Source: Eledone cirrhosa (taxonomy: Eukaryota). Taken from it: DNA of 64,000 nt. The notes beneath the pieces are model-generated. The model searched no databases. It saw only the letters and a list, made by a program, of their open reading frames with translations, and was not told the origin of the DNA. A program made the translations under genes and the position numbers. Below are positions 1 to 11,206 of this stretch, one piece after another (within the stretch, counting starts at the first letter, position 1; each line of letters opens with the position of its first letter). The stretch spans positions 105,090,001-105,154,000 of the forward strand of contig OZ024740.1 in the NCBI GenBank assembly GCA_964016885.1. The letters run 5' to 3'.

Positions 1-2390
1 ACCTCGACGGACTGCCGCGGCTCTCGGCCACTGAGGCGGAGTGTTGCGAAAAGCCGATAACAGCCGCTGAAGTACGGGAGGCAATGACTGGCTGCACAAG
101 GGGTAAATCGCCTGGTTTGGATGGTTTGCCCTATGAACTTTACGTACAGATGCCAGACTTGTTTGGAGGCCTCTTGGCGGACGTCTACTGCAACTGGCAA
201 CAGAACGGGAGAATTCCCAGCTCTGTGAGCCGAGGAGCGGTGGCGCTGCTGAGAAAGGATCCGAACAAGAGGGATAACATAGATAATTTCAGGCCCATAA
301 CTCTGCTAAACGCAGATTTCATGATTTTGGTCAAGGTGCTAGCAAAGAGGTTGGCGCTTGTCGTTGGTGGTCTGGTGGGAGAGGCGCAGACGTGCGCCAT
401 TCCCGACAGATCCATCCACGACAACCTCCACCTCATGCGATACATCGTAGAGAGGGTAGCTAGGGAACCTGGCACGGGTGGGTCCTTGATCAATTTAGAT
501 CAGTCGAAAGCTTTCGATAGGGTCGACCATCGTTACCTAGCGGCAGTCCTGAGGGCGGCTGGCTTTGGGCCCGTCTTCAGAGGCTGGATCGCTGCCATGC
601 ACAGCGACATCTGCTCTGTGGTGAGAGTGAACGGTCACCTTTCGGAACCGTTCAACATCATGCGCTCGGTCCGCCAAGGATGTCCCCTCTTGTCCCTCTT
701 GTACGTATTGACTCTCGAGCCATTACTGCACAAACTGGAGACGTTGAGGGGGGTCCCGCGCGAACTAGGATGCGGAAGATCCGTGTCAGCATATGCGGAC
801 GATGTCACCGTAGTGGTGTCGAACGCCAAACACATCGAGGCGATCGGCACTACACTAAGAGAATACGAAGCGGTGACAGGAGCAATGATCAACCAGGAAA
901 AGTCAGTGGGCCTGCAGCTCGGCACCTGGAGAGGCAGGTCCATGCCGTCCAACAGCGTCGTCTGGCGCTGGACGGACGGACCGTCCAAATTGCTAGGGGT
1001 CTGGTTCGGTCCAGACCTCCAGACGGACAAAAACTGGGACGAGGTGACGAGCAGGGTGGCTTCTCTCACCCGAGAGGAAGCTATCCCTGAAAGGTCGAGC
1101 GGAGGTGGCTAACGCGTACATCGCGTCCGTCATCTACTACCGCTTGACCGTCGTACCTTGTCCTAAGCCCCGCCTGACTGCGCTGGAGCGTTTGCTCTTT
1201 CGCTTTTTGTGGAAGGGACGCGCTCCGATGGTCAGGCGGTCCATCTGCTGTCAACACCCGCTACGTGGAGGGCTGGGAATGCCGTGGCTGATGATGCGCA
1301 GACACGCGCTCAGGCTACGACATCTCCACCTCTTCCTCGACGGTGATCCGGTGTGGTCGCCGTTTGCTAGATACGTCTTTCCCCAGCTCGTCTCCTTGAC
1401 GGAGCTGCAGTCCTGGGTCAAGCGAAGACCGAGAGGGAGCGCTTGGAGACTGGAATGTCTTCAGCCGCTCACAGCCCTCGACCAATCGGGTAATGTGATC
1501 GATGGAAACTCCACCTTGGCATTCTATAGGGGATTAGTGGAGGGGAAGAGCGACGACGTACTTGGAGAAACTCTAGGCGTCGACGAAAATCAACTAGCCA
1601 ATCTCTTCGGAAGGACTTTCGGGCCGGGGCCTATGGACAACTTCCAGAAATCCCTGGCCTGGTAGTGATACCGGGGAGCTTTGCCAGTTCGGGATAAACT
1701 CTACAGGCATGGAGGTGCCGTCAGCCGGGCATGTCCGAGATGCGCACAGGGCGACGAAACCGTCCTACACGCACTCGTCCAGTATCCGAGCATTGCTGAC
1801 TTGTGGGTTTATGTCGAACACCTGCTGTCACGTGTAGGACGGATCCAGCTATCAGCTGAGTCCATCGTGAGGATTGCCCCGCCCTCTTCCTTTAGTCGGG
1901 AAGGGCAGGCAGTTTTTATCTGCCTGGTGGCCATGGCGAAAGAGATAGTATGGTGAACACGTTTGAAAGGGCTGAAGACGAGCACTTACCTCTTCGGTGA
2001 TGCCCTGATTAACTTTTTCAAATTTCATTTGAAAAGGAAAATCAGGGTAGAGAGGGAAGTGCTCTCTTCCCAGCATTTTGTTGAAAGATGGGTGAGAGAA
2101 GCAAGTATGGCCCGAATGAATGGGCCTTCTCTGAGTATGTGTCTGTAAATTAAAGGTGGAAAACTGGGAGAGGGCACTTGCCCTGGTGGTCAGGGTCACT
2201 GTGGTCTTTTAATGGGCTTTCTCCACAAATGTCCCTCGGAAGTCTCCCCCCTATTGGGGAATTTTTCTTTGTTATTTTATTACATCCTCTGTTTTTTTAC
2301 ACGCAGAAATGCCCATTTGTACCGTCTTGTATTGTCCTGTACTGTCCTTAATGTCTACTTTATGTAAACCCTTGTGGTTAATAAAGAAAA
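1..2390 (+). mobile_element. Tx1/L1-clade non-LTR retrotransposon, 3' part of ORF2 (RT plus zf-RVT region), decayed
   Basis: ORFs 84..1112, 1105..1665, 1681..1956 and 1963..2148 give SPGLDGL, FRPITLLN, LDQSKAFDRV, VRQGCPL, AYADD and a C-terminal CPRC...ETVLHAL. There is a frameshift near 1075 and in-frame stops. The 3' UTR ends AATAAAGAAAA at 2380-2390. The element runs off the window 5' end. Confidence 0.9.
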
Positions 2391-2433
2391 CATTATTTTA
2401 TATGAGACATTATTAAATAAATATCTCATTTCT

Positions 2434-2557
2434 TCCAGACAGCCGTTTCGTTATAAGATTTCTACAATTTGGGATAAATAATTTCCAGGTTATGTAGAAA
2501 CTTGTATATAATCCATAGTTTTATACACAAGCGGGCCCTTATAAACTCATCAGTGGA
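2434..2557 (-). ncRNA. Type I hammerhead ribozyme motif with branched, expanded stem II
   Basis: Minus strand: TCCA-CTGATGA-GTTTATAAG...[two hairpins]...CTTATAAC-GAAA-C-GGCT-GTC-TGGA. Stem I is TCCA/TGGA and the cleavage triplet is GUC. Confidence 0.75.
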
Positions 2558-2836
2558 TGCCCAGTCAATAACGATATACGAATTACATCGACATTAACAG
2601 AATAGTGATGGTCTCCCTCAGCGCTAAGAAGAGACTGGTAGATTAGAATCCAGCAGTTCACTCAAAGAAAAAATACACGCTGCCCCCAAAAGGGTAAAGG
2701 GAGGTCATCTTAAAATAAAACAATATATATATATATATATATATAATGGAAAATTTGAACAGGAACAAAACAGAGAGGCAGTACAACGAATGTTTATTAA
2801 TTTCACGCTTTTGAGAGTGGGGTGGTGGTGGGGAAC

Positions 2837-2864
2837 GACGTTTCGGGCATAAGCCCTTCTTCAG
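2837..2864 (-). ncRNA. Minimal hammerhead core in PLE 3' pLTR
   Basis: CTGAAGA-AGGGC-TTAT-GCCC-GAAA-CGTC with palindromic ACGT stem III. Stem I pairing is weak. Confidence 0.65.
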
Positions 2865-4317
2865 GTGAAAAGTGTGTGGGAAGAGAGTTCAAAGGGTGTG
2901 TAGGGGAGTGGTAAAGAGACATATAGCAAAAAGGGGGTGGGAGGAAACGGTGGAAATGAAAATAAAAATATAAATAAAAATAAAAATAAAAATAAAAATA
3001 AAAGCATGATCAAAATAAAATTAAACTGGGGTAAAACAGGTGGTGGAAGGGTGTGGGGCGTATAAGGGTGGTGCCGGGTGGAGTGGGGAGAGGGATACGG
3101 GGTGTCCGAGCGGGGAGGGCTGAAGGTGGTGTGTGTGTGTTGGTGTACGTGTGTGTGTGTGTATGTGAAAGCAAGGGTTGGGGGAAGAACGGGGTTGCAT
3201 GTTCAGGAAGAGGTGTGTGTGGGGTGGGGTGTAGGTCGGAGTGTGTGTGCGTGTGTGGATAGAGGGGTGGGGGGAGAGGAATCCGGAGGCTGAATGTGTA
3301 AATATGTGGGACGCACGTGTGTGTCTGTGGTGTTTAAGCGTGTTGTGGGTGTAGGTGCGTGTGGGAAAAAAATTTTTTTTGGGGTGTGTCGTGGGTGAGT
3401 CGTAAAAGTGATTCCGTAAGATGTGGTAGAATGGTTGGTAAAATCCTAGGATGGGAGTTGATTCCACGGTCAAAGTCCACATACGAGTAATCCGTGAAGA
3501 GATTGGTCGGAAGAGGGAAGATGTGGGGTGCGCGCGCAACAGGAAGTGGTCAAGGCAGTAGGAGTGCTGTGTGTCTGTGTGTGCTGGGAGGTGGTCAGAG
3601 GGCATAGCAGCAGTAGGGTGGAATGGTAAAGGGGCGAGGATGGGTAGGTGTGAAAGTTGGAGTAAGGAGGGTGTGTGTGTGTATTAGTAGAGGTGTTAGT
3701 GGGATGAGTGAGTGTTTGAGAAAGGGTGTGGGTGGAGCGGGGAGAGAAGAGTGTGGGGGTCGATGGAGGGAGTGTGGTGTACTGGTGTGTGTGTAGTTTG
3801 ATGAAGGGGGTGTTAGTGGGTGTTAGTATACAGGAGGTGGAGAAAGGGTTGAATGCGGGTGTGAGTGGGGGTCAGTGGTGGTAGGGTGTGTAGAGTTGGT
3901 GGTGTAAGAGGGTGTGTGTATACGTGTGCGTGGGGTTGGGGGGTGTTAGTGATGTTAGTTGCGTGTAGGGTGGGTGGTGTACGTGGGTGCGTGTGTTCGT
4001 GTGCTTGGGGTCAGGGGGTGTTAGTGATGTTAGTTGCGGGGTTGTGGGGTGGATGTGTGGGGGTGAGGGTTAGTGGTGGTATTAGGGTGTGTGTTTAGTG
4101 TGAGCGCGTGTATATATGTGCCGGTGGGTGTGTGCGTGTGATAAGGAGGGGGGGAGAAGAAGGGAGGGATGTTAGTATGTTAGTTGGGGAAGGGTGGTCG
4201 GATGTGAGGTGGAGTAGAGGCGTTAGTATTGTTAGTTGTGGGGTGGGCGGTGAAAAGGAGGGGTGTGTTAGTGGTGTTAGCGGGGGATGTGTGTGGGGGG
4301 AGGGGAGCGGTCGAAGG

Positions 4318-6572
4318 CTAAAGGAATAAGGGTGAGGAGTTCAGGCCGGGGGGAGTGTGGGTCGGTAAGCTGAAGATGGTTCTTTGTTCAACTCTGAGGA
4401 GATTGGCGGGTGTTCCGTGGCATTGGAGTAGGCCACAGACTGTGAGATGGCGTGCGGAATGTCCAGGGGCACCAAAGTGGCGGGCGATGGGGGAACTACC
4501 ACCGAGACGAATATCCCGGAGGTGCTCAGTGAATCTGTCCGCCAGGCGACGTCCAGTCTGTCCGACGTAAGTCGCGCTGCACTCCGTGCAGCGAAGTCCG
4601 TCGACTAGGTTGGAGGAGGTGCAGCGGAAGGCATGCCGGACAGAGAGAGAGTGGCCGTTGGGACCCTGGAAGGTGCTGGTGTTGGTGATGTGGGGACAGG
4701 TGTTGCAGCGGGGCCTGGAACAGGGAAAGGAACAGGGGGGGGGGAGCGTGGGTTGGGGGGTAGGGAGCTGTGGACGAGGAGGGTGCGGAGATTGCGTGCG
4801 CGTTTGAAGGAGGGGAGTGGTGGGGCTGGGAAGATGTGGGAGGTGGAGGGGTCGGACTGGAGGCGTCGGAAGAGGCGGCGGATGGTGCGGTGGAGGGGTA
4901 AGGTGGAGGGGTGGTAGGTGATGGGGAAGGGGAGACGGTGGGTGGGTGTGCGGTGGCGTGGGGTGAGGGTGGTGGAGCGGTGGACAGCACGGGCGCGGGT
5001 GAGAGCGGTGTGGACGAGAGGGGGGGGGGGGGGGGGTAACCTCTGCGGATGAAATGGCTGACTAGGGAAAGGGCCTGGGACTCGAAGTCGGCATCTCGGC
5101 TACAGTGGCGGCGGATCCTGAGGAGTTGGGAGTAGGGGATAGAGTGTTTAGTGTGTATGGGGTGGGAAGAGGTGAAGTCGAGGTAAGAGTGGGAGTCGGT
5201 GGGTTTGAAGAAGGCGGAGGTGACGAGGGAGTGATGGGAGGGGTCGAAGGCGACGGAGATGTCTAAGAAGTGGACGTGGGTGGTGGAGATAGAGGTGGTG
5301 AAGTGGAGGGAGGGGTGGAAGGAGCAGAAGAAGGAGAGAAAGGAGTCGAGCTGTTCTCGGGTGAGGGTCGTGGCTTCGATACAGTCGTCAATGTAACGAC
5401 CGTACAGTTCGGGCGTGGAGCCGGTGTACTGGGCAAAGATTTGGGCCTCAACATGACTAACAAAAAGGTTGGCAAAGAGGAGGAGACAAGGTGTTGGATG
5501 GTGGAGGAAACTTGTTGTTGGTAGAGGAGTGTGGGATCGGAGGGTAGAGGGCGGTAGAAGAGGGGGTTACGGAGCTGTCTGAGGGCTTCGGCCGTGTAGA
5601 GGTCCGCGCGCCACACCACCACGGCGCCTCCCTTGTCCGCCGGTTTGATGACGATGTCATCTCGGCTACGGAGGGAGCGGAGACCGAGGAGTTCGCCCCG
5701 TGAGATATTATTCCGTTTGGAACGATGGCGGAAGTCGAAACGATTTACGGCGCTACGGCTGGCATCGACGAACGCGTCCAGGGTGGTAAATTGCCCTGGG
5801 GCCGGCGTCCAAGAAGATGGTCGTCGGCCCAGGGGGAGAAACGGGTCTGGGGCGTCCGGAGCCGGTGGCGTTCGGCCGAAAATATGCCTGTAGCTTCGTG
5901 CGTCGCACGAATCGCTCGACTTCCGTTCGGGTGCGGAACTCGTCGCTGTGCGGAGTGTGGGGTATGAAGCGAAGGCCTCTACTAAGGAGTGAGCGCTCAG
6001 GTGCGGAGAGGGGGAGGTCAGGGGGTATGGTGACAACAAGAGGTGGGGTTTGGATGGGGGGAGTGGGGGGCTCATGGGGATGGGCGGGTGGTGGTGGATG
6101 GGGGTGATTGGGAGGAGTGAGTGTAGCTTGCGGGCTTTGGTGGAGCTGAGGAAGGAGAAGAGGTCGTGGTTGAGGTTTTGGATGAAGGAGAGGATGGCTT
6201 GGGCAAGGAGGGGGTCGCAGGTGGAGTTAAGGCGGAGGAGGGTGGGGGTCAGTTGGTGGTCAAGTTGGCGGAGGGTGGAACGGGAGGCGCGGATGGAGTT
6301 GCGCATCAGGAGGCGTGAGGATCGGGTGAGGATACGTTGCGTGGAGGGGGAAGCGGCGGGGGAAGGGTGGAAGTGTAGACGGAAGCCGAGGGGGATAAGG
6401 TGGAGGCGGAGGCAGTGGCTGAGGAAATGGATGTGGCTGGAGTGCCGGGTTTTGGCGAAGAGAAGGTAGGAGAGTTGAAGGGCAGAGGGGAGATAGCAGG
6501 GTGGGAGGAGGGGGTGAGGAAAAGTTTGAGGTTAGTGTGGAGTTGGTGGAGAAAGGATCTCAGGCTGGGCAT
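4318..6572 (-). pseudogene. PLE RT-GIY-YIG ORF, frameshifted and internally deleted
   Basis: Minus-strand motifs in order: IKPADKGGAVVVW, FANLFVSHVE, YGRYIDD, FLDISV, FKPTDSHSYL..SSHP, linker CSRPRCNTC (Neptune-type Cys linker), SSNLV..LRC..C..YVGQTGRRLADRFTEH, ending PPGLN...TAG. Likely ATG at 6572. Confidence 0.85.
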
Positions 6573-7110
6573 GGTGGGCGTTGGGTGAAAGCAGGGGGAG
6601 GGATGAGAAAGCAGGTGTGTGAAGCGGGGTGGGGTGGAACGAAGGAGTGAGTGACGGGAGGAGTGAGTGAGTGGAACGAGGAGTGAGTGACGGGGAAGGG
6701 AAAATGAAACAGAAAAACGTAAGGAGGGGAGAGTATACACAGGAAAATTAAAGACAAAAAATCCTAAAGGTAAAAACACAGGCAATCGTGAATAAAAAAT
6801 CATAGAAATAAAATTGTAAAAACACAGGCAAAAAATCATATACGGAAATAAACAAGTACAGTAACAAATTCAAACAAAGGTGATGCGTGGAAGGAAAGAA
6901 CAGGTGTGGGAAGGTGTGTAAAGTTCAGAGAGTGGTCACGGCAGATTAGATCGGGGTTGAGCCGGTAGTTAAGTTATATTCCAAAGGAATGGAAGCCGTG
7001 TGAGCGTGTATTATATATAATGGAAAATTTGAACAGGAACAAAACAGAGAGGCAGTACAACGAATGTTTATTAATTTCACGCTCTTGAGAGTGGGGTGGT
7101 GGTGGGGAAC

Positions 7111-7138
7111 GACGTTTCGGGCATAAGCCCTTCTTCAG
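7111..7138 (-). ncRNA. Minimal hammerhead core in PLE 5' pLTR
   Basis: Identical core to 2837-2864. Confidence 0.65.
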
Positions 7139-7654
7139 GTGAAAAGTGTGTGGGAAGAGAGTTCAAAGGGTGTGTAGGGGAGTGGTGGAGAGACATATAG
7201 CAAAAAGGGGGTGGGAGGAAACGGTGGAAATGAAAATAAAAATAAAAATAAAAATAAAAATAAAAATAAAAGCATGATCAAAATAAAATTAAACTGGGGT
7301 AAAACAGGTGGTGGAAGGGTGTGGGGCGTGTAGGGGTGGTTGCGGGTGTCGTGGGGAGAGGGAGACGGGTGTCCGAGCGGGTAGGGCTGAAGGTGGTGTG
7401 TGTGTGTATATATATATATATATATTATATATATAAATGAAATGTATAGAAAATATTGTAGCAAAATATATATATATATAAATGAAGTATTTCCGTCGGA
7501 AAGGTACAGGCAAAAAGTTGTAGGCTACAGAGCTTATTAGTTATGTAATAAACAACATAAGATAATTATTTCATTTACCAGTGGTTTCTTGAAGGCAAAT
7601 GTTATGTCTGTCTTCAGTCGCCAGAATGAATAAATAACATATATTTAATGAATA

Positions 7655-7830
7655 AATAACTGTTTCTACTTTTGGCACAAGGCCAGCAAATAACCAGTGC
7701 ATTACTGGTATTTTATTTTATCGACCCCATAAGGATGAAAGGTAAAGTTAACCATGGCGGGATTTGAACTCAGAATGGCAAGGGCTGTAACTCTATGCGT
7801 CAAAGCATGGCGTCCAACCCTCTACTGATA
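7655..7830 (-). mobile_element. tRNA-derived SINE (abundant family)
   Basis: Reverse complement of the family consensus (GAGTTCAAATCCC B-box, CTTTCATCCTTACGGGGTCGATAAAATAAAGTACCAG core, AGAAACAATTATT tail). Confidence 0.8.
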
Positions 7831-7855
7831 ATATCTATCAATAACATGTTATTTA

Positions 7856-7916
7856 TTCATTCTGACGACTGAAGACAGACATAACATCTGCCTTCAAGAA
7901 ACCACTGGTAAATGAA
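7856..7916 (+). ncRNA. Type I hammerhead ribozyme motif
   Basis: TTCATT-CTGACGA-CTGAAGACAGA-CATAACA-TCTGCCTTCAA-GAAA-CC-ACT-GG-TA-AATGAA. Stem I has 6 bp and the cleavage triplet is GUA. Confidence 0.72.
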
Positions 7917-7942
7917 ATAATTATCTTATGTTGTTTATTACA

Positions 7943-7977
<35 letters not shown>

Positions 7978-8250
7978 CACATTAATAGTTAGAGCAGTCA
8001 GCCGGTATCAGAAAGATATAAAGTTCAGCGATTCTTCGTAGTGACCACTGCCCTCTTTTCCCGTCAATAAGGGGCCTTTGCTTGATTTTATAAGCTATTT
8101 ATAGCAGCCAACTGCATTTACAGTTATTTTTTACGTCTTAGTTTCCTACATTGGCACACAACTCTTTCAGTGCTTCCAACTTAGCACACGATGATGTGTG
8201 TGTGTCTCACCCACTCTCTCCCCGACCCCCTTTCTCTCTCTCTTTCTCAC

Positions 8251-8469
<219 letters not shown>

Positions 8470-8516
8470 TATGGTCGAATATGATTAACCCATCTTTTTT
8501 TTATGCATTATCTAAT

Positions 8517-8703
8517 GCGGTGGATTAGCAGTATCGGTAGAGGGTCGGACGCCATGCTTTCCAGCATAGTTACGTCCCTTTACGATCTGAGTTCAAATCC
8601 CGCCGAGGTTGACTTTGCCTTTCATCCTTACTGGGTCGATAAAATAAAGTACCAGTAATGCACTGGGTAATTACTGGCCTAGTGCCTAAAGTAGAAACAA
8701 TTA
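8517..8703 (+). mobile_element. tRNA-derived SINE (abundant family). Other copies near 19140-19300(-), 21077-21239(+), 23760-24500(-, several), 27635-27856(+), 43590-43920(+), 45323-45550(+), 48570-49275(+, three), 49963-50170(+), 54510-54660(+), 58978-59097(+)
   Basis: A-box-like GGATTAGCAGTATCGGTAGAG, B-box GAGTTCAAATCCC, shared core and ATT-rich tail, repeated about 15 or more times in the window. Confidence 0.85.
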
Positions 8704-8809
8704 TCTAATGTGTTTACTTTTTAAGACGGTCGAGTGTCATGTAAGGAATTTGGTTGCTATTTCTAGCAGGTAGTGTGACCATGTATAGGTTCCTGCGTCG
8801 GCTCGGCGT

Positions 8810-8866
8810 AGAAAAAAAGTTTTGTCACTGAAAGAATTGAGAAAAAAAGTTTTGTCTGTGACGTCA
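8810..8866 (+). promoter_or_regulatory. Candidate eIF4E3 proximal promoter/5' UTR: 17-bp direct repeat and full CRE palindrome
   Basis: AGAAAAAAAGTTTTGTC at 8810 and 8840, and TGACGTCA at 8859-8866, ~45 nt upstream of the ATG. The TSS is unknown. Confidence 0.4.
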
Positions 8867-8911
8867 TATGTTTTGATCACGTTAGCAAAAGAAGTAGAAG
8901 TTGCATTAGTT

Positions 8912-9135
8912 ATGGCGGCTGCCGTGAGTTCAACAGATGAGGATACTGATCTGAGTGCCCAGGACGGAGACAGTGACAACAATAACAATAGCAACAACAC
9001 CAAACAACGACGACACAGTAGCAGTCCTTATTGTTCTCCTTCACAAACTAGTGTAATCAGTGAGAAATCAACAGAGCAATGTAGCAAAGAAGAATTTTTA
9101 CCACTTTCCACTGCCTGGACTTTTTGGATCGATAA
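8912..9135 (+). CDS. EIF4E3: eIF4E type 3, coding exon 1
   Basis: ATG in context GTTATGG. Encodes MAAAVSS...LPLSTAWTFWID, the eIF4E N-terminal PLxxxWTFW motif. Donor GTTAGT at 9136, phase 2. Confidence 0.88.
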
Positions 9136-9754
9136 GTTAGTTAAACTTTGTTTCTGTTTATAAATGTTTTCTCCTTCTAACTAATCTCCTCAACTTACTG
9201 CGTAAACTGACTAACTAATGTCACACAAAAAAAACAACAATCTGTTTTCTAGTATCTAGTTATTTGACAATCTAACTCCAGTTTTCTTACTTTCTTTTTT
9301 GGCGATGTATATCTATGCGTTTGTTGTGGTTTTTGTGTGACTCCAACACTTAAAAAGAAAAGACGAGAAGGCACTAGAGAACGTATTACGTATTCGAATA
9401 AGTATATATATATATATATTCGAATAAGTATATATATATATATTCGTAACTAAAATGAAGTAAATAATTCTTCAGTTTTACTTTTAAAACTTTAAGCAGC
9501 TATAGAGTCACTGACTGTTTTTACGCACCTGGATGTTATTATTATTTTTTTTTTTTTGTAGCTTAAGATAATCCTCGATGAAATTCATCTCTTTATCGTT
9601 TATTTAAATGTAACCAACTTCACTTTCAGTTCATTTCGAGGAATGCAGAATTTCAAATTTTTTTTATGACTAGAAACAAACAAACCACATGGATAATTTA
9701 GATGCGCAAAATGTCAGTGAACTTTTTATTTAGGTAGGTTTTGAAATCGGCAGA

Positions 9755-10157
9755 CACACACATATATATACACACACGCGCGCGCAGAGTGACACACACA
9801 TACATACAAACACACGGACGCGCGCGCACACACACACGTGTATACATATATATATATATATATATATATAAAACACGAGAAGAAAGAATACTGCGTGTTG
9901 CACATGGGTTACATATGGTATATATATATATAAGATAACAAGGACGATTGGTTACTCCTTCATTACGTTTATTGGAGCTTCTGACTTTATCATACAGCAT
10001 GTATTCATTCTTCCATTAACATTACAAGGGGTCTGACGAGCCCCGGATTACAGAGTCAGGTCAGATCGATACAGATCGAACTTTGAGCTGGTCAGTGGCG
10101 AAACGCGCGTCACCAACCAATAAACGTAATGAAGGAGTAGCCAATCGTCCTTGTTAT

Positions 10158-10230
<73 letters not shown>

Positions 10231-10365
10231 TATGTAACCCATGTGCAACCACGCAGTATTCTTTCTTATGTTTTATATATATATATATATGTATACACGT
10301 GTGTGTGTGCGCGTGTGTTTGTATGTATGTGTGTGTCACTCTGCGCGCGCGTGTGTATATATATG
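9755..10365. repeat. Fold-back cassette: ~220-240 bp inverted arms around a hammerhead-containing core
   Basis: 9755-9975 is the reverse complement of 10118-10365, including the (TA)n and (CA/TG)n parts. Confidence 0.88.
10030..10114 (+). ncRNA. Type I hammerhead ribozyme motif with long stem II insert
   Basis: GGT-CTGACGA-GCC...GGC-GAAA-C-GCGC-GTC-ACC, followed by AATAAA at 10119. Confidence 0.75.
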
Positions 10366-10679
10366 TGTGTATACATATACATATATATATATGTATATGT
10401 ATGTATATATATATATACGTTATATATTCATACTGGCCAAAATAGAGGGTGGTGGGCAGGTGGGTCTACGATTTTGAGGATTGCCACTCGCTTCAAGTTT
10501 TAGTTCTTATATCATGTACAATATATACATACACATTACTCACATCACATACATAAAACATGTATTTAGCACAGATAACGGGAAATACTTCATGAGCAGT
10601 TTCAAATGAGGCCAACATTTCACATCTAGCCATACGCATCTACTACTTTTGCACTGATGTGTGTAGGGATGGGGTTGGG

Positions 10680-10728
<49 letters not shown>

Positions 10729-11015
10729 ATAAAAACTTAGACCACTGAGCATGTGCGCATAAACGCACCTGCACCGTGTCATATTGTATAAGCTCAATGT
10801 ACAAGAACAGAGCCGTTATATGTAAAAAAAAATCAAAGAACGCCAGAGAATGCATAGTGGGGTTATTATTCACCACTATAATAACCTCACTATGCACTCT
10901 CTCAATACTCGCCATTTCCGATCTCCCTCTTGTTACCCTCTATTGTATTTCCAATGTTCATGTGACGAAGCTCGGTAGTAGAGCCTATACTCAGCATTGT
11001 AATTTTATTTTTAAA

Positions 11016-11059
11016 CCTCTGATGATTCCTGCCCAATGGTATGGATGAAACATTATTAG
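11016..11059 (+). ncRNA. Degenerate hammerhead motif at a probable PLE 3' end remnant
   Basis: CTGATGA-TTCCTGCC-CAAT-GGTATGGAT-GAAA-CATTATT-AG, then AATAAA. Stem III is mismatched. Confidence 0.45.
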
Positions 11060-11206
11060 CAAATAAAAATTGTATCAGTATGTAGGCGTTCTTTGATTTC
11101 TTTTACATATATATATATATTTCCTATTACCTACTCTACTACCCTAAGTATTGAGTACTCTGGTGCGTTATGGTCCACCTGGTTCCTTACCACACTTCCT
11201 TCGTTA

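Larger units (their letters stand above)
2745..7406 (-). mobile_element. Penelope-like element (Neptune-type), partial tandem with pLTRs, inserted in (TA)n
   Basis: Direct repeats of ~390 bp at 2745-3138 and 7019-7406, each with a hammerhead core. A disrupted RT/GIY-YIG ORF lies between them, and (TA)n tracts flank both sides. Confidence 0.88.
7538..7948. repeat. 103-bp inverted repeat carrying hammerhead motifs, with a SINE in the spacer
   Basis: Arms 7538-7640 and 7846-7948 are near-perfect reverse complements. The right arm abuts (TA)n. Confidence 0.9.
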
